Positions 1-10,737 of a DNA stretch of 64,000 bases are shown in pieces. The stretch comes from Coleofasciculus sp. B1-GNL1-01 (GTDB taxonomy: Bacteria; Cyanobacteriota; Cyanobacteriia; Cyanobacteriales; Coleofasciculaceae): the NCBI GenBank assembly GCA_040220235.1, contig JAVJTO010000047.1. One strand, written 5' to 3'. The position numbers and the translations under genes were made by a program. The notes below the pieces were generated by a model. It saw nothing but the letters and a program-made list of their open reading frames with translations. It ran no database searches and was not told the DNA's origin. Numbering within the stretch: position 1 is the stretch's first letter; every line of letters starts with the position of its first letter.

Positions 1-171
1 GGCGCGTTTGAGAGGAGAGGGCGACCCGACCCAATTGAGTGAACTGGAGTTGTTCATTAGTGCAAGCGGGTCGCCCCTACAAAGTTCATGAATTCTTGGA
101 CGAATGACCAATGACCAATGACCAATGACAAAATTGCTAACATCGATCTAAGATCCAACCACTAAACTCTC

Positions 172-1734
172 ATGCGTCTGTTTACGACAATCGCGGGATT
201 GCGCTGCCACTTAGAACGTCATCGAACCCAAAAAACCGTCGGTTTAGTACCGACGATGGGGGCGTTGCACCCCGGTCACTTGAGCTTAATCGAGCGGGCG
301 AGACGCGAAAATGCTATTGTCGTTGTCAGCATTTTTGTCAATCCACTCCAGTTTGGACCTGGGGAAGATTTGCAGCAATACCCGCGTCAGTTGGAGGAGG
401 ATCAACGCTTTTGTGAACAAGCGGGAGTTGATGTGATTTTTGCACCCACAGCCGTGGAGTTGTATGGTGATGACCCATCGGATTCAGACATCCCGACGGA
501 GTTCACTCAAGTTATGCCCCCACCAGCGATGACTTCTATATTATGTGGTCATTCCCGTCCGGGTCATTTTCAGGGAGTGGCGACTGTAGTCACGAAGTTA
601 TTAAATCTCGTTCAACCCGATCGCGCTTATTTTGGTCAAAAGGATGCTCAACAATTGGCGATTATTCGCCGCTTGGTCGCGGATCTAAATTTGCCTGTCA
701 CTATCGTATCTTGTCCGATCGCCCGTGAGCCATCGGGACTTGCCTATAGTTCTCGCAATCAGTATTTGACATCAGCACAAAAGGCACAAGCTCCGATTCT
801 CTACAAGGGTTTACAAAATGCCCAAAATGTGTTCCAAGCTGGGGAGCGCGATCGCACCTCCTTAATTGCCGCCGTTACCTCAGAACTCAGCTGGATAGAG
901 GAGATTCAAGTTGAGTACATCGAATTAGTGCATCCCACTACTCTGACTCCCCTAGAACAAGTAGAAGATCAAGGATTACTCGCGATCGCGGCTCGTCTGG
1001 GTTCAACTCGTTTAATTGATAATATTCTGCTGCGAAATCGCCGACCGATTATTGCTATTGATGGACCGGCGGGAGCGGGGAAATCGACGGTGACTCGGTT
1101 AGTGGCGCAGCAATTAGGCTTAATGTATCTGGATACGGGAGCCATGTATCGGGCGGTGACGTGGCGAGTGCTGCAAGCCGGAATTGATTTCACCGATGAA
1201 CCTGCGATCGCGGAATTGGTGAGTCAATGTCAAATTTCCTTAATCAGTAGTGGTTCCCAACCCCAAAGTTTGAGGGTGTGGATTGATGGCAAAGAAGTCA
1301 CCCAAGCGATTCGCTCCTTAGAGGTTACCGCCAATGTTTCTGCGATCGCGGCGCTCCCGGTTGTACGTCACGAATTAGTCAAACAGCAGCAGCGCTGGGC
1401 GTCTAAAGGTGGCGTTGTCGCTGAAGGGCGAGATATCGGGACTCATGTTTTCCCCGATGCTGAACTGAAAATTTTTCTCACCGCCTCAGTTCAAGAACGG
1501 GCACGCCGACGCCTGCAAGATCTCCAAGACGAAGACCAAGGTACTGTTAGTTTAGAACAGCTAGAGGCGGATATTCAACTGCGAGATCAGCGTGACAGCA
1601 CTCGCACCTTAGCCCCCCTGCGCCAAGCTGCTGACGCGATCGAAATTAATACGGATGGATTAACAATTCCTGAGGTTACCGATAGAATCATTAGTGAATA
1701 CCACACAAAAGGATTATTGTCAACTAACGAATAA
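172..1734 (+). CDS. panC/cmk: Bifunctional pantoate-beta-alanine ligase / cytidylate kinase
   Basis: PTMGALHPGH, FVNPLQF, GQKDAQQ, SSRN (PanC) followed by IAIDGPAGAGKST, LDTGAMYR, EGRDIG (Cmk); typical cyanobacterial fusion. Confidence 0.97.
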   Translation: MRLFTTIAGLRCHLERHRTQKTVGLVPTMGALHPGHLSLIERARRENAIVVVSIFVNPLQFGPGEDLQQYPRQLEEDQRFCEQAGVDVIFAPTAVELYGDDPSDSDIPTEFTQVMPPPAMTSILCGHSRPGHFQGVATVVTKLLNLVQPDRAYFGQKDAQQLAIIRRLVADLNLPVTIVSCPIAREPSGLAYSSRNQYLTSAQKAQAPILYKGLQNAQNVFQAGERDRTSLIAAVTSELSWIEEIQVEYIELVHPTTLTPLEQVEDQGLLAIAARLGSTRLIDNILLRNRRPIIAIDGPAGAGKSTVTRLVAQQLGLMYLDTGAMYRAVTWRVLQAGIDFTDEPAIAELVSQCQISLISSGSQPQSLRVWIDGKEVTQAIRSLEVTANVSAIAALPVVRHELVKQQQRWASKGGVVAEGRDIGTHVFPDAELKIFLTASVQERARRRLQDLQDEDQGTVSLEQLEADIQLRDQRDSTRTLAPLRQAADAIEINTDGLTIPEVTDRIISEYHTKGLLSTNE

Positions 1735-2109
1735 AAGCTTGCCTAAAAGCATTACCCTTCTACCTTCTGCTACACCTCCCACTAAAAAAAAACTAATCCT
1801 TTATCCCGGATATACTGCCATTTGCGTCGTAACTAACAAAAGAATCATTAACACTAAGGCGGATTTCGGTATCCAGTTGCCCTACAGCGAACTGAATATC
1901 CCCCGAAATGGTTGCGTTTAACGATTGAGACGCAGGGTTTAGCATCAGAATTCATCAAGCGGGTTGATCTACGCTTAGACATTTATGTCTGGCGATAGAT
2001 TAACCCGCCGCTTGGATTATTCTGCAACAAGAATGATCCAAACATTGCTGATCGGCTAAACAACCATGACGCGCCGCCTGTGTATTTAGAGGAGTGAAGG
2101 AGACGTAAG

Positions 2110-3012
2110 GTGGCAAACCCTTGTCAGTTAGTTTGGCAGTACAAATTATTCATTAGTTTAACCGCTGCCACACTTGGTTTTATTGCAAGTTTGAGTGTAT
2201 CGGTTGCTCGTTCAGTTAACCCAAAGCTAGCGATTCCTAGTCCAAAGCTGAACCAACAAGAACGCTCTAATTCCCAGAGTTTACAAATCAAGGGTTTAAT
2301 TGGAGAGGAACAAGAAATCTATGAAAAAATGTTGGCTCACTTGGCAGAGGAAGAAGCCAAACGCTTAACTTTTTCTGTGCCAGTAGAATTTCAAGGCAAA
2401 ACCATTCATTCTCGTGTCCTTAAGGATAAGGCTAAAGTAATTGCCCTCACGTTTGATGATGGACCTTCATCGCAGACAACTCCCCAAGTTTTAGACATTC
2501 TCAAACGAGAAAATATCAAAGCCACCTTTTTTGTTGTCGGTAAGACAGTTAAGAATCATCCCCAGCTTATGAAACAAATTGTGACTGAAGGTCATGCCAT
2601 TGGTAACCATACTTGGAATCATCACTATCATCAGTACAGTCCATCGGCGGCAGCGCATGAACTGGAGACAACCGCCACTTTAATTCATCAACTCACTGGT
2701 GTCAAAACGGCGTTATTCAGACCGCCTGCTGGGATTTTAAATAACGGCTTAGTGAGCTATGCTCACCAAAAAAAGTATGCCGTCATTATGTGGTCAGCCG
2801 ATACAAAAGATTGGCAAAGTCGCCGGATTACTGTGCCAAAATTAATCAATAACGCCCTTGAAGACGCGCAACCGGGTGGTATTATTTTATTACACGATGG
2901 CGGGGGCGATCGCTCTAAAACAGTGGCAGCTTTACCGAAGTTGATTACTGAACTTAAACAGCGCGGTTATCAATTTGTAACCGTGCCAGAATTATTGGAT
3001 ATGCCAGATTAA
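2110..3012 (+). CDS. Polysaccharide deacetylase (NodB/CE4 family) with N-terminal membrane anchor
   Basis: ALTFDDGP, GNHTWNH, FRPP, IILLHDGGG motifs. Confidence 0.92.
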   Translation: MANPCQLVWQYKLFISLTAATLGFIASLSVSVARSVNPKLAIPSPKLNQQERSNSQSLQIKGLIGEEQEIYEKMLAHLAEEEAKRLTFSVPVEFQGKTIHSRVLKDKAKVIALTFDDGPSSQTTPQVLDILKRENIKATFFVVGKTVKNHPQLMKQIVTEGHAIGNHTWNHHYHQYSPSAAAHELETTATLIHQLTGVKTALFRPPAGILNNGLVSYAHQKKYAVIMWSADTKDWQSRRITVPKLINNALEDAQPGGIILLHDGGGDRSKTVAALPKLITELKQRGYQFVTVPELLDMPD

Positions 3013-3018
3013 TACTAA

Positions 3019-3259
3019 TAGGATTTACTCAAAGAATTTACAGCTCTTTGCGCTGTAATAAAGTACAGTAGATCAAAGTCCCCCTTCAGATCCCCCTCCC
3101 GTTCCCCTTCAAAAGGGGGAAGCCAAAGGATGCTTCGCTTTTTTTGCACGGGGATTTAGGGGGATCGACAATGTACCGCATAGCAGAGCAAACTGCTGTA
3201 TATGTAGGGTGTGTTAGCGTAGCGTAACGCACCTTAACTAAGTGGCTGCGTAAGTCCTG
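3019..3259. mobile_element. Nested MITEs: outer TAGGATTTACTCA...TGCGTAAGTCCTG element containing an inner TACAGC...GCTGTA element (3039-3200) and REP-like palindromes
   Basis: Imperfect terminal inverted repeats visible at both levels; non-coding. Confidence 0.6.
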
Positions 3260-3687
3260 ATTAAGTATTTAATTGAGTATATATCACCTTGGGTTATCCC
3301 GTAGGGGCGACCCGCTTACACCAATTCACAACGGTCGAAAACTCCCACTCCTCTAGTTAAAGTTACCCCATCACCCAATTAAATCTGGTGCGTTACGGCT
3401 TACTTATGTTCTGAATTAATAACTGTTAATCCAAAAATTTGCCTAACGCACCCTACGAGTATAACCAATGGTATTATTTTAGCGGTATCCTCTACATGAC
3501 TAAGTCGCGTTCTAAGCTGTCATACATTGAAATACAAAGGACAAATGACAAATGACGAATGACAAGCGGCTTTTGTGAAGAGTTTGTGAACACAAAATTA
3601 TTTCTAGGTAGATTTAGCATAATGGGTAAAGAAATGTAAACAACTAGCACCTAAAAGCAGTGCCACTCATAGCAAGGGAGTTGAGAA

Positions 3688-4131
3688 ATGGAATTCTTCC
3701 ATAAAATTCACCAGGTCATTCGAGCCAATTTTAACGAGAAGATTCAACCGGAGCAAAATTCCGAAACTGTAGGGTTGACATTTTCTTCTCGTGAGTGCTT
3801 AAAAGATTACCAAACAATTGCCGAAATAGCTAGAACCCAACGTGATGGACAGCAAGAAACAGTGGAGATAATAAACCGCAGTCTAGTAACCTTAGAAAAA
3901 AAACATGCTGCGGGAAAAAACCTAGAGTATCGGTTATTCGATAGCACTCACTTCAGCCAATTCCCGTTTTATGAGGATCAAGAGACTATCAACATACCCG
4001 ATAATGTTCCTCAATTCCAGGAGTCTGCCTGGAAGGAGATAGAAGGGTTATTTATTTCCTTAACATCCTCTAGCGAGATGGATAATGAATGGCTAACCCT
4101 GGAAGAATTAGCTTCAAAAATCTCTGTTTGA
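3688..4131 (+). CDS. Short, divergent PspA/IM30 (Vipp1)-like protein
   Basis: N-terminus MEFFHKIHQVIRANFNE resembles Vipp1 MGLFDRxxRVxRANLND; C-terminus IEGLFISLTSSSEMDNE resembles IExQFAxLExSSxVDDE; GGGAG RBS upstream. Confidence 0.55.
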   Translation: MEFFHKIHQVIRANFNEKIQPEQNSETVGLTFSSRECLKDYQTIAEIARTQRDGQQETVEIINRSLVTLEKKHAAGKNLEYRLFDSTHFSQFPFYEDQETINIPDNVPQFQESAWKEIEGLFISLTSSSEMDNEWLTLEELASKISV

Positions 4132-4286
4132 TTCAGACAGCCGGAATTGACTGTGATACCAACTTCATAAGTATGGCATCACCTTGCTCAGGGAAAATGT
4201 ACCCTTGCTCCCCCAGCTCCCAGACGTAGCATGCTACGTCTCTACACCGCTTCCCCAGCTTCCCCAGCTCCCCCTCACCACAACAC

Positions 4287-6785
4287 TTATTCAGCAGCCC
4301 CTAATTCCTGAGTACAGAATGTAGAATCCAGATAGGGTCGCAGTGGGACTAATCCGGTTTTAGACAATAAACATTGCGCCTGTTCAGTTCTGAGAATTTC
4401 AGCAAACTTTGTGCCAATGGGGGGACGGCTATTATCTCTTGGATAAATAACAGCTAAGGGATAAGCTAAGGGATAGGTTTGGCTAATAAATGCCTCCACA
4501 TTAGCACCATAACTCCCTTTAGCATTACATAAATCTGTGTTCGGAGTAATTGGTTGTCGGTTATCTTGTACTAAGGGTGAAACCGGATCATTTTCTCCGT
4601 CCACGATGGCTAGGGGATAGACTGAACATTGTCCTAACACTTTACTCAAAGAATCAAATCCGATCGCGCCAATGTCTCGCCCCTCAAAATCCCGAATGAC
4701 TTGTCGCAGTGTCTCAAAGGTTTGGGTGCGGATAATTGGCGGACGACCTAAGTTGGCAAATGATCGACTCGGTTGGTTACTTTGTTGCAGAAGTGCTTCA
4801 AATTCGGCAATATTACTTGTATTCGTATCCTCTCGCAGAACCCGCTGCTTAAACAGTTCAATGGCTTGATCACTGGGGGGAACATAGAGTTGAACGGGGA
4901 GATTAGGTCCTCCTAATTCTTGCCAATTGGTAATTTCTCCGGTGTAGAGTAAGCGTAATTGCTCAAAGCTAATTTGCCCCTTTAAGGCGGCGGGTAAGCT
5001 GTTTTCCCGTTGTGCATAACTGAAAGCGACAAAGACAACTAAGCCATCATGCGCCACTTCTTCTGTGTCTAAGGTAAATCCTAGGGGATTCAGGGGAGTC
5101 GCGATCGCAAACTCCGCCTCCTCCTCCCGAACCTGGGCGATCGCGTCTGTCCAAGAGGGTACAGGTTGATAGTTTAACTCTAATTTCGGTTGACGCTGGT
5201 ATAATTCACCTGCCAAGGTGGTATCCTTAGCAATTAAATTGGGTTGCTCTAGGATATAATCCCACGCTCCGTATTCTTCTGCTGTATAAGTAAATGTTCC
5301 TGTGGGAATCCCGGATACCTGTTCAATACAGCAGGGAAATGGGTCGGTGTCCATCGCGGTTTGGGGTTGATTTCTGCCGAATAGCCACCAGATTAATAGT
5401 CCCAATAACAGGAGTAGCCAAAGTAGCAAAAATAACCGAGGACGCCACCATCGCCGTTTCTTTTTCTTCGCCTCGGCTTCGGCTTCCGGTTGGGAGAATG
5501 GTGGGATAATTTGCGGTTCAGGGGGCAATTGTAATAAAGCGCGGCGGGCAATTTCTGCGGTTTCAAAGGATGATGTACCAATACCAATCAGGGATAAAAT
5601 ATAGTCCTTAAACACGGGTTTAATGAGGGGCCAATGCTTGGTAATCCGGGGATTAAAGGGTTGAAGAGTAACCGGATCATGAGTACCGCCGTTTAAGAGA
5701 TAAAATGCCACATACCCCAAGTCTTGTAAATCCTTTTTGGCAGAGATTAAAGGACGTTCGAGTAAGGGCGGATCAAATCGTCCTTCCCACAAGAGGAGGT
5801 CACACAAATAGATAAAAAAGCCTTGGAAACTGGGAACAATCAGTAAACTATCTAAACTGATATTGCCATCGGTGAGTCCCTCTTGGACTAAACCCGAAGG
5901 GAGACGAAATTTTTGTCCATGGAGAAATTCTAAACTTTGCAACACTTGTTCCAGGATTTGTCGCACCTGATAACTGGTCATCGCCCCAGTTTCTGCCACG
6001 TAACTGGCTAGACTAGGATAGGTATCTAAGATCCCCTGGCTAACTAAATAGCAGCGTTCAAAACGGGGATCTGCGATCGCGTCCCAGGGAGAGACAAGCC
6101 GAAAGTCTTGCATTCGCCCATCAGCTAAGGTGACACCAGCGAGATTGACAAAGGCTTCTTTGCGTAACTGAGTTTCTTGGAAATTAAAATAGCGATCGGG
6201 CAGGAGGTATTCTCGAATCACCACAGGTTGACGAGTCGGGAGTTGCAGGGCTTGATAAAGCCGACCTCGACCCCGATTTTTCAGGAAGCCTTCAATTTGA
6301 TAGGTTCCCCGACGTCCGCGAATTTTTGTTTCTGGCGGTAACAGTGTCGGAAACCCACATTGAGTACAATAGTTGGCACCGGGTTGTTCAAGCAGGGTTT
6401 GTTGCACCCATTCACAGTACAAAGGATTTCCCCGAACACAGCGATACTCTGGATAGAGGGACTTTACCCCGGGCGGAACGACGACTTCTGTCACCACGCC
6501 ACCTTCGGCTTCGGCTTCTAATCCTTCACCGGGTTTCGTTTTACCCGCCATGCGATCTTTGAGTTCATCCAAACTTGGCGCACGCTGTTTCAGTTCATCT
6601 TGCAGAAAGGGAACTAACCAAAGGAAACGCGCCGGGACAAACCGCAGCAGGATTGCCCGCAAGCGACCTGGGATCGTCTTGAAGCGATGGAAAACCCGAC
6701 TCCCTTCAACGCTGCGAAATTGTTGGAATAAACGTCCCAGAAATCCTTTTGGGTTCCCCTTAACCATAATGGCTACTCCTGCCAA
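4287..6785 (-). CDS. Ser/Thr kinase-like (probably inactive) domain + TM helix + PstS/PBP-like substrate-binding domain
   Basis: 4-Cys prefix (CTQCGFP), kinase-like region, hydrophobic TM after KKKKRR, VAHDGLVVFV / LYTGEITNW / YPLAYPLAVIY PBP-like motifs. Confidence 0.8.
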   Translation of the reverse strand: MAGVAIMVKGNPKGFLGRLFQQFRSVEGSRVFHRFKTIPGRLRAILLRFVPARFLWLVPFLQDELKQRAPSLDELKDRMAGKTKPGEGLEAEAEGGVVTEVVVPPGVKSLYPEYRCVRGNPLYCEWVQQTLLEQPGANYCTQCGFPTLLPPETKIRGRRGTYQIEGFLKNRGRGRLYQALQLPTRQPVVIREYLLPDRYFNFQETQLRKEAFVNLAGVTLADGRMQDFRLVSPWDAIADPRFERCYLVSQGILDTYPSLASYVAETGAMTSYQVRQILEQVLQSLEFLHGQKFRLPSGLVQEGLTDGNISLDSLLIVPSFQGFFIYLCDLLLWEGRFDPPLLERPLISAKKDLQDLGYVAFYLLNGGTHDPVTLQPFNPRITKHWPLIKPVFKDYILSLIGIGTSSFETAEIARRALLQLPPEPQIIPPFSQPEAEAEAKKKKRRWWRPRLFLLLWLLLLLGLLIWWLFGRNQPQTAMDTDPFPCCIEQVSGIPTGTFTYTAEEYGAWDYILEQPNLIAKDTTLAGELYQRQPKLELNYQPVPSWTDAIAQVREEEAEFAIATPLNPLGFTLDTEEVAHDGLVVFVAFSYAQRENSLPAALKGQISFEQLRLLYTGEITNWQELGGPNLPVQLYVPPSDQAIELFKQRVLREDTNTSNIAEFEALLQQSNQPSRSFANLGRPPIIRTQTFETLRQVIRDFEGRDIGAIGFDSLSKVLGQCSVYPLAIVDGENDPVSPLVQDNRQPITPNTDLCNAKGSYGANVEAFISQTYPLAYPLAVIYPRDNSRPPIGTKFAEILRTEQAQCLLSKTGLVPLRPYLDSTFCTQELGAAE

Positions 6786-6941
6786 GCTGTGTTTCGCGGT
6801 GTACTGCTATCCTGCCATAGCTACGGTGTTACTATAATCAATTGTTTCCCAAAGTGTTGAGAAATTTAACACAAATGGCTTTGACTAGAGTCGGAAGTCT
6901 GCTAGTGTAGCATTATTTGGTCAAGTTAGGAGTTACCGGGA

Positions 6942-7151
6942 ATGGCAAAGGAGCAAGTAGCGAAGCTGTTTCGAGATGCTAAGGCGAATCCGGCTTTAAG
7001 AGAGGAACTTAGTGCTGCCCCCAACGTAGACGCCTTTATCGAAATGGCGAAAGAGCGGGGGTATGAGTTCACGGTCGAAGAATGGCAAGAAATGACAGGG
7101 TTTTCGGTTGAAGAAGTCGAGGGTAAGTTGTCAGAAATTCCGGGGTTATAA
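6942..7151 (+). CDS. Nif11-like leader-peptide family protein
   Basis: MAKEQVAKLF...NPALREEL...MAKERGYEFTVEEW pattern; AGGAG RBS. Confidence 0.8.
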   Translation: MAKEQVAKLFRDAKANPALREELSAAPNVDAFIEMAKERGYEFTVEEWQEMTGFSVEEVEGKLSEIPGL

Positions 7152-7321
7152 CGGTTTATTCGTAATTTGTAAAAATAATATTAAATCCATTGACCTTTTC
7201 CTGCGTTCGAGGGACTGCTTTTACCTGTTCATTGCTCCCTATTTTCTTTTTTAGTAGAGACGTTGCATACAATGTCTCTACAATAGTGTCGAACGTCCTA
7301 ATCGATGTGTCTATTGCTATA

Positions 7322-7948
7322 TCATCTGAAAAAAGCTTGTATCCCAGCCTTAAAGCACTGGAAACTCGGCGATTGATTATTTTGAGGTTGCATATACTCA
7401 GAAATTGTTCGCGCTGCTTCAACCTTGTTCAAGCCGCCTTGATGGTATCCCTTTCCTTTTAGTAAGGCTTCCAAAGCTTCCCAGGTTCCTCCTTTAATTG
7501 CATCAGGGTAACGATAACGTTGTTGAGTCGCAAAACTTTTTGCGATTTTGGGATATGCTTGGCAGATAGCAGTTGCGTCTCCTAAAAACCAGGCTTCAAG
7601 CTCTTCAATGGCAATGCGATTGAGTACGGTGAATTGTTGGCTTGAAGTGCTGGATTTAGTTGTAAATCCACTGAGAATGGCAAAATCTTCAAGCATTTTT
7701 TTTAAGTCTTGGCAATCATCATTGTCACGATCACAAAGGACAACAATCCGCCAATCATCTGGTAGCCAAGAGAGATAACCTTTGAGTCGTTGAGGAAGTT
7801 TCTTCAACAAATCCGGTTTTCCTTGGAATGAGTGAATTTCAAATTCAACATCAGAGGGAATAATTTTAGGCAATAGGTTTTTAAGAGCAACTTCTGCGGA
7901 ATATTCTTCAACTAAAACTTCTAAATGTAATACCGTCATGTTGAGCAT
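7322..7948 (-). CDS. DUF4276 family protein (TOPRIM-like)
   Basis: LVEEYS, DRD, IEELEAWFLGD, SPSFQ motifs; directly downstream of an ABC-type ATPase. Confidence 0.8.
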   Translation of the reverse strand: MLNMTVLHLEVLVEEYSAEVALKNLLPKIIPSDVEFEIHSFQGKPDLLKKLPQRLKGYLSWLPDDWRIVVLCDRDNDDCQDLKKMLEDFAILSGFTTKSSTSSQQFTVLNRIAIEELEAWFLGDATAICQAYPKIAKSFATQQRYRYPDAIKGGTWEALEALLKGKGYHQGGLNKVEAARTISEYMQPQNNQSPSFQCFKAGIQAFFR

Positions 7949-7953
7949 AACTA

Positions 7954-9168
7954 CTAACGTTTAGTTTTAGGCGCACCCTGGTTTTTGAGCGGATCACCAA
8001 ATTCAAAGTATCCCTCCATCCAGAGATTACCCAGGGTTGCACCTTCAGCCATAAATTCAGGAATACCGCGCATATCGGCAGCACACTTCGCCTGAGTGAA
8101 GCCCTCTTGATCACGATAGAGTACCCAAAGTTCTTCTGGGCGCAGAGCATCGACAAAGTACGGTGAGTGAGTCGTCACCATTAACTGGCTTTGTCCAGAT
8201 GCAGTTCGGCACTCTTCGGCTAGCTCAGGTAGCAAACGAGGGTGGAGATGGTTTTCTGGTTCTTCAATGCCGATGAGTTTAGGTGGATCGGGATCATAGA
8301 GAACAGTCAAATAGGCAAACATTTTCAGGGTGCCATCTGAGGCAAATTTAGCCAAAATGGGTCTTTGGAATGGGGCATCTTTGACTTGTAAGAGCAATCG
8401 CCCATCCTGCATCATCTCAGCATCAATGCTTTCTAGGCGCGGAATCCGACGAGTCAGGGTTGTTAGAATTTGATCGAGCTGCTCAGGATACTGCTCTTTG
8501 AGATATTGAATGACATTAGGCAGGTTATCACCTGTTTCAGAGAGCCTTTCTTGAGGACCCGCTTCGGGTGTGCTACGAGTATGATCGGCTGTAAGATAAG
8601 ACAGATACCAACCACTGATAAATCGACGCAGAGCGCTCACCCGAGGATTACTCGCGAATTGTCCCAGGGTATTCACTGCGAGAATGTCAGGAGAGTCTAG
8701 CTGTTGAGAAATACCTTCGTCTTCTTTCTCCGGCATTTCACCGCTGATGACTTCACCTGTCCCCTCCTTAAAGTTCAAAAACCGAAATGGCGCACCTTTT
8801 TGTCCTCGTCGCCATTGTAAAGATTCTTCGGCAACATAAGGACCACGAGAACCTTCGTCAATTGCCAGGTAGTAGGTGATAATTGGATCTTGTGGCTTTT
8901 CCCTATATTTCAACTCAAAAGATATTGGACCTTCCTCCCCCCGAGTTCGCAATTCTCGAAACCGTCCCCGCCGATCCCAAGCCCGACGTAGACCAAATTG
9001 AAAGCATTCGGACAGAAATGCGAATATATCAAAAATGGTGGATTTACCACTGCCATTTGGACCCAAGAAGACTGTTAGTGGTGTAATATTTTTCAGTTCA
9101 AGATCCCGTAAAGCACGATAGTTTTTGACTCTCAGTTGTTCAATGCGGGGAATAACGGGTTTGGGCAT
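7954..9168 (-). CDS. AAA_21/ABC-type ATPase
   Basis: Walker [13 protein letters not shown] signature, Walker [12 protein letters not shown]-loop TTHS. Confidence 0.92.
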   Translation of the reverse strand: MPKPVIPRIEQLRVKNYRALRDLELKNITPLTVFLGPNGSGKSTIFDIFAFLSECFQFGLRRAWDRRGRFRELRTRGEEGPISFELKYREKPQDPIITYYLAIDEGSRGPYVAEESLQWRRGQKGAPFRFLNFKEGTGEVISGEMPEKEDEGISQQLDSPDILAVNTLGQFASNPRVSALRRFISGWYLSYLTADHTRSTPEAGPQERLSETGDNLPNVIQYLKEQYPEQLDQILTTLTRRIPRLESIDAEMMQDGRLLLQVKDAPFQRPILAKFASDGTLKMFAYLTVLYDPDPPKLIGIEEPENHLHPRLLPELAEECRTASGQSQLMVTTHSPYFVDALRPEELWVLYRDQEGFTQAKCAADMRGIPEFMAEGATLGNLWMEGYFEFGDPLKNQGAPKTKR

Positions 9169-9345
9169 GGTGGATTGGATGGGTAGTCTTCTAGATTGTA
9201 CAACCGCCTCCTTCCCCCTCAGTTCGTCAAACGCTGTCTATGATTGCCGTTCCCAAAGATTCCAGCCGATAAAGGAATCAGCCACGCCCTCTGACGTCGC
9301 TACAATAGGAAGACTGAAGCGTAATGCTTCCTATAAGTTAGGGGG

Positions 9346-10737
9346 ATGACGATGGGTTTGCCAGTAGTTGCTGTAATCGGACGCCCGAATGTGGGCAAAT
9401 CAACGCTTGTCAATCGGTTAGCCGGGGTGATGGATGCGATTGTCCATGATCAACCGGGAGTTACCCGCGATCGCACGTATCGACCCGCGTTCTGGCAAGA
9501 CCGGGATTACTCGATTGTAGACACCGGGGGTTTGGTTTTTGATGATGATACCGAATTTCTGCCCCTGATTCGAGAACAGGCAATGGCAGCCCTCAGCGAA
9601 GCCAGCGCCGCTATATTAGTGGTCGATGGTCAAGCGGGTCCCACGGCGGCTGATCAGGCGATCGCAGATTGGCTACGCCAGCACCCTGTCCCGGTTGTTC
9701 TGGCTGTAAACAAGTGCGAATCCCCCCAACAAGGACTAATCCAAGCGGCTGAGTTTTGGGAACTCGGTTTAGGCGAACCTTTCCCCGTCTCGGCGATTCA
9801 CGGTGCAGGAACAGGAGAACTTCTGGATCAACTGATTACCCATTTGCCCACGGTGGGAATGCTTCCCGACTCCTCAGAAATCAACGTGGCGATTGTCGGA
9901 CGTCCGAATGTGGGTAAATCTAGTCTATTAAATGCCCTGACGGGAGAAAAACGGGCGATCGTCAGTTCCGTTTCGGGTACGACCCGCGATGCCATTGATA
10001 TGATTGTCGAACGCCCCGGAAACCCAGAAACTGAGAGTGAATCTCAACTCTATCGTCTTATTGATACCGCAGGCATTCGTAGGAAGAAAAATGTCGAATA
10101 TGGACCGGAATTTTTTGGCATTAATCGCGCCTTCAAAGCCATTCGCCGTGCTGATGTGGTTCTCTTCGTGGTTGATGCCCTAGATGGTGTTACCGAACAA
10201 GACCAAAAACTTGCTGGACGCATTGCTGAAGATGGACGGGCGGCGGTTATCTTGGTCAACAAATGGGATGCGATTGAAAAAGATACCTATACGATCTATG
10301 AATACGAAAAACTGCTGAAAAATCGCCTCTATTTTATTGAATGGGCACCGATGATTTTTGTCAGCGCCTTGACCGGAAAACGAGTAGACAAAATTCTCGA
10401 TTTAGTCGATACTGTTGCCGCCGAACACCAGCGCCGCGTCAGTACGTCTGTGATTAATGAAGTGCTTGAAGAAGCCATTAACTGGCATTCCCCGCCCACC
10501 AACCGCCAAGGACGCCAAGGCAAAATTTACTACGGCACCCAGGTTAAAACTAAACCCCCAACGATTGCCCTGTTTGTCAATGATCCGAAACGATTTAATG
10601 AAAACTATCGCCGCTATATTGAGCGTCAATTTCGCCAACAACTGGGTTTTACAGGGACACCCTTGCGTCTATTATGGCGCGGTAAGAAAGTCCGCGATGT
10701 TGAAAGCAGCCGAGCTAATCGAGCCGTTCGGGTTTAA
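9346..10737 (+). CDS. der: Ribosome biogenesis GTPase Der (EngA)
   Basis: Two GRPNVGKS G-domains, DTGG/DTAG, NKCE/NKWD, KH-like C-terminus. Confidence 0.98.
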   Translation: MTMGLPVVAVIGRPNVGKSTLVNRLAGVMDAIVHDQPGVTRDRTYRPAFWQDRDYSIVDTGGLVFDDDTEFLPLIREQAMAALSEASAAILVVDGQAGPTAADQAIADWLRQHPVPVVLAVNKCESPQQGLIQAAEFWELGLGEPFPVSAIHGAGTGELLDQLITHLPTVGMLPDSSEINVAIVGRPNVGKSSLLNALTGEKRAIVSSVSGTTRDAIDMIVERPGNPETESESQLYRLIDTAGIRRKKNVEYGPEFFGINRAFKAIRRADVVLFVVDALDGVTEQDQKLAGRIAEDGRAAVILVNKWDAIEKDTYTIYEYEKLLKNRLYFIEWAPMIFVSALTGKRVDKILDLVDTVAAEHQRRVSTSVINEVLEEAINWHSPPTNRQGRQGKIYYGTQVKTKPPTIALFVNDPKRFNENYRRYIERQFRQQLGFTGTPLRLLWRGKKVRDVESSRANRAVRV

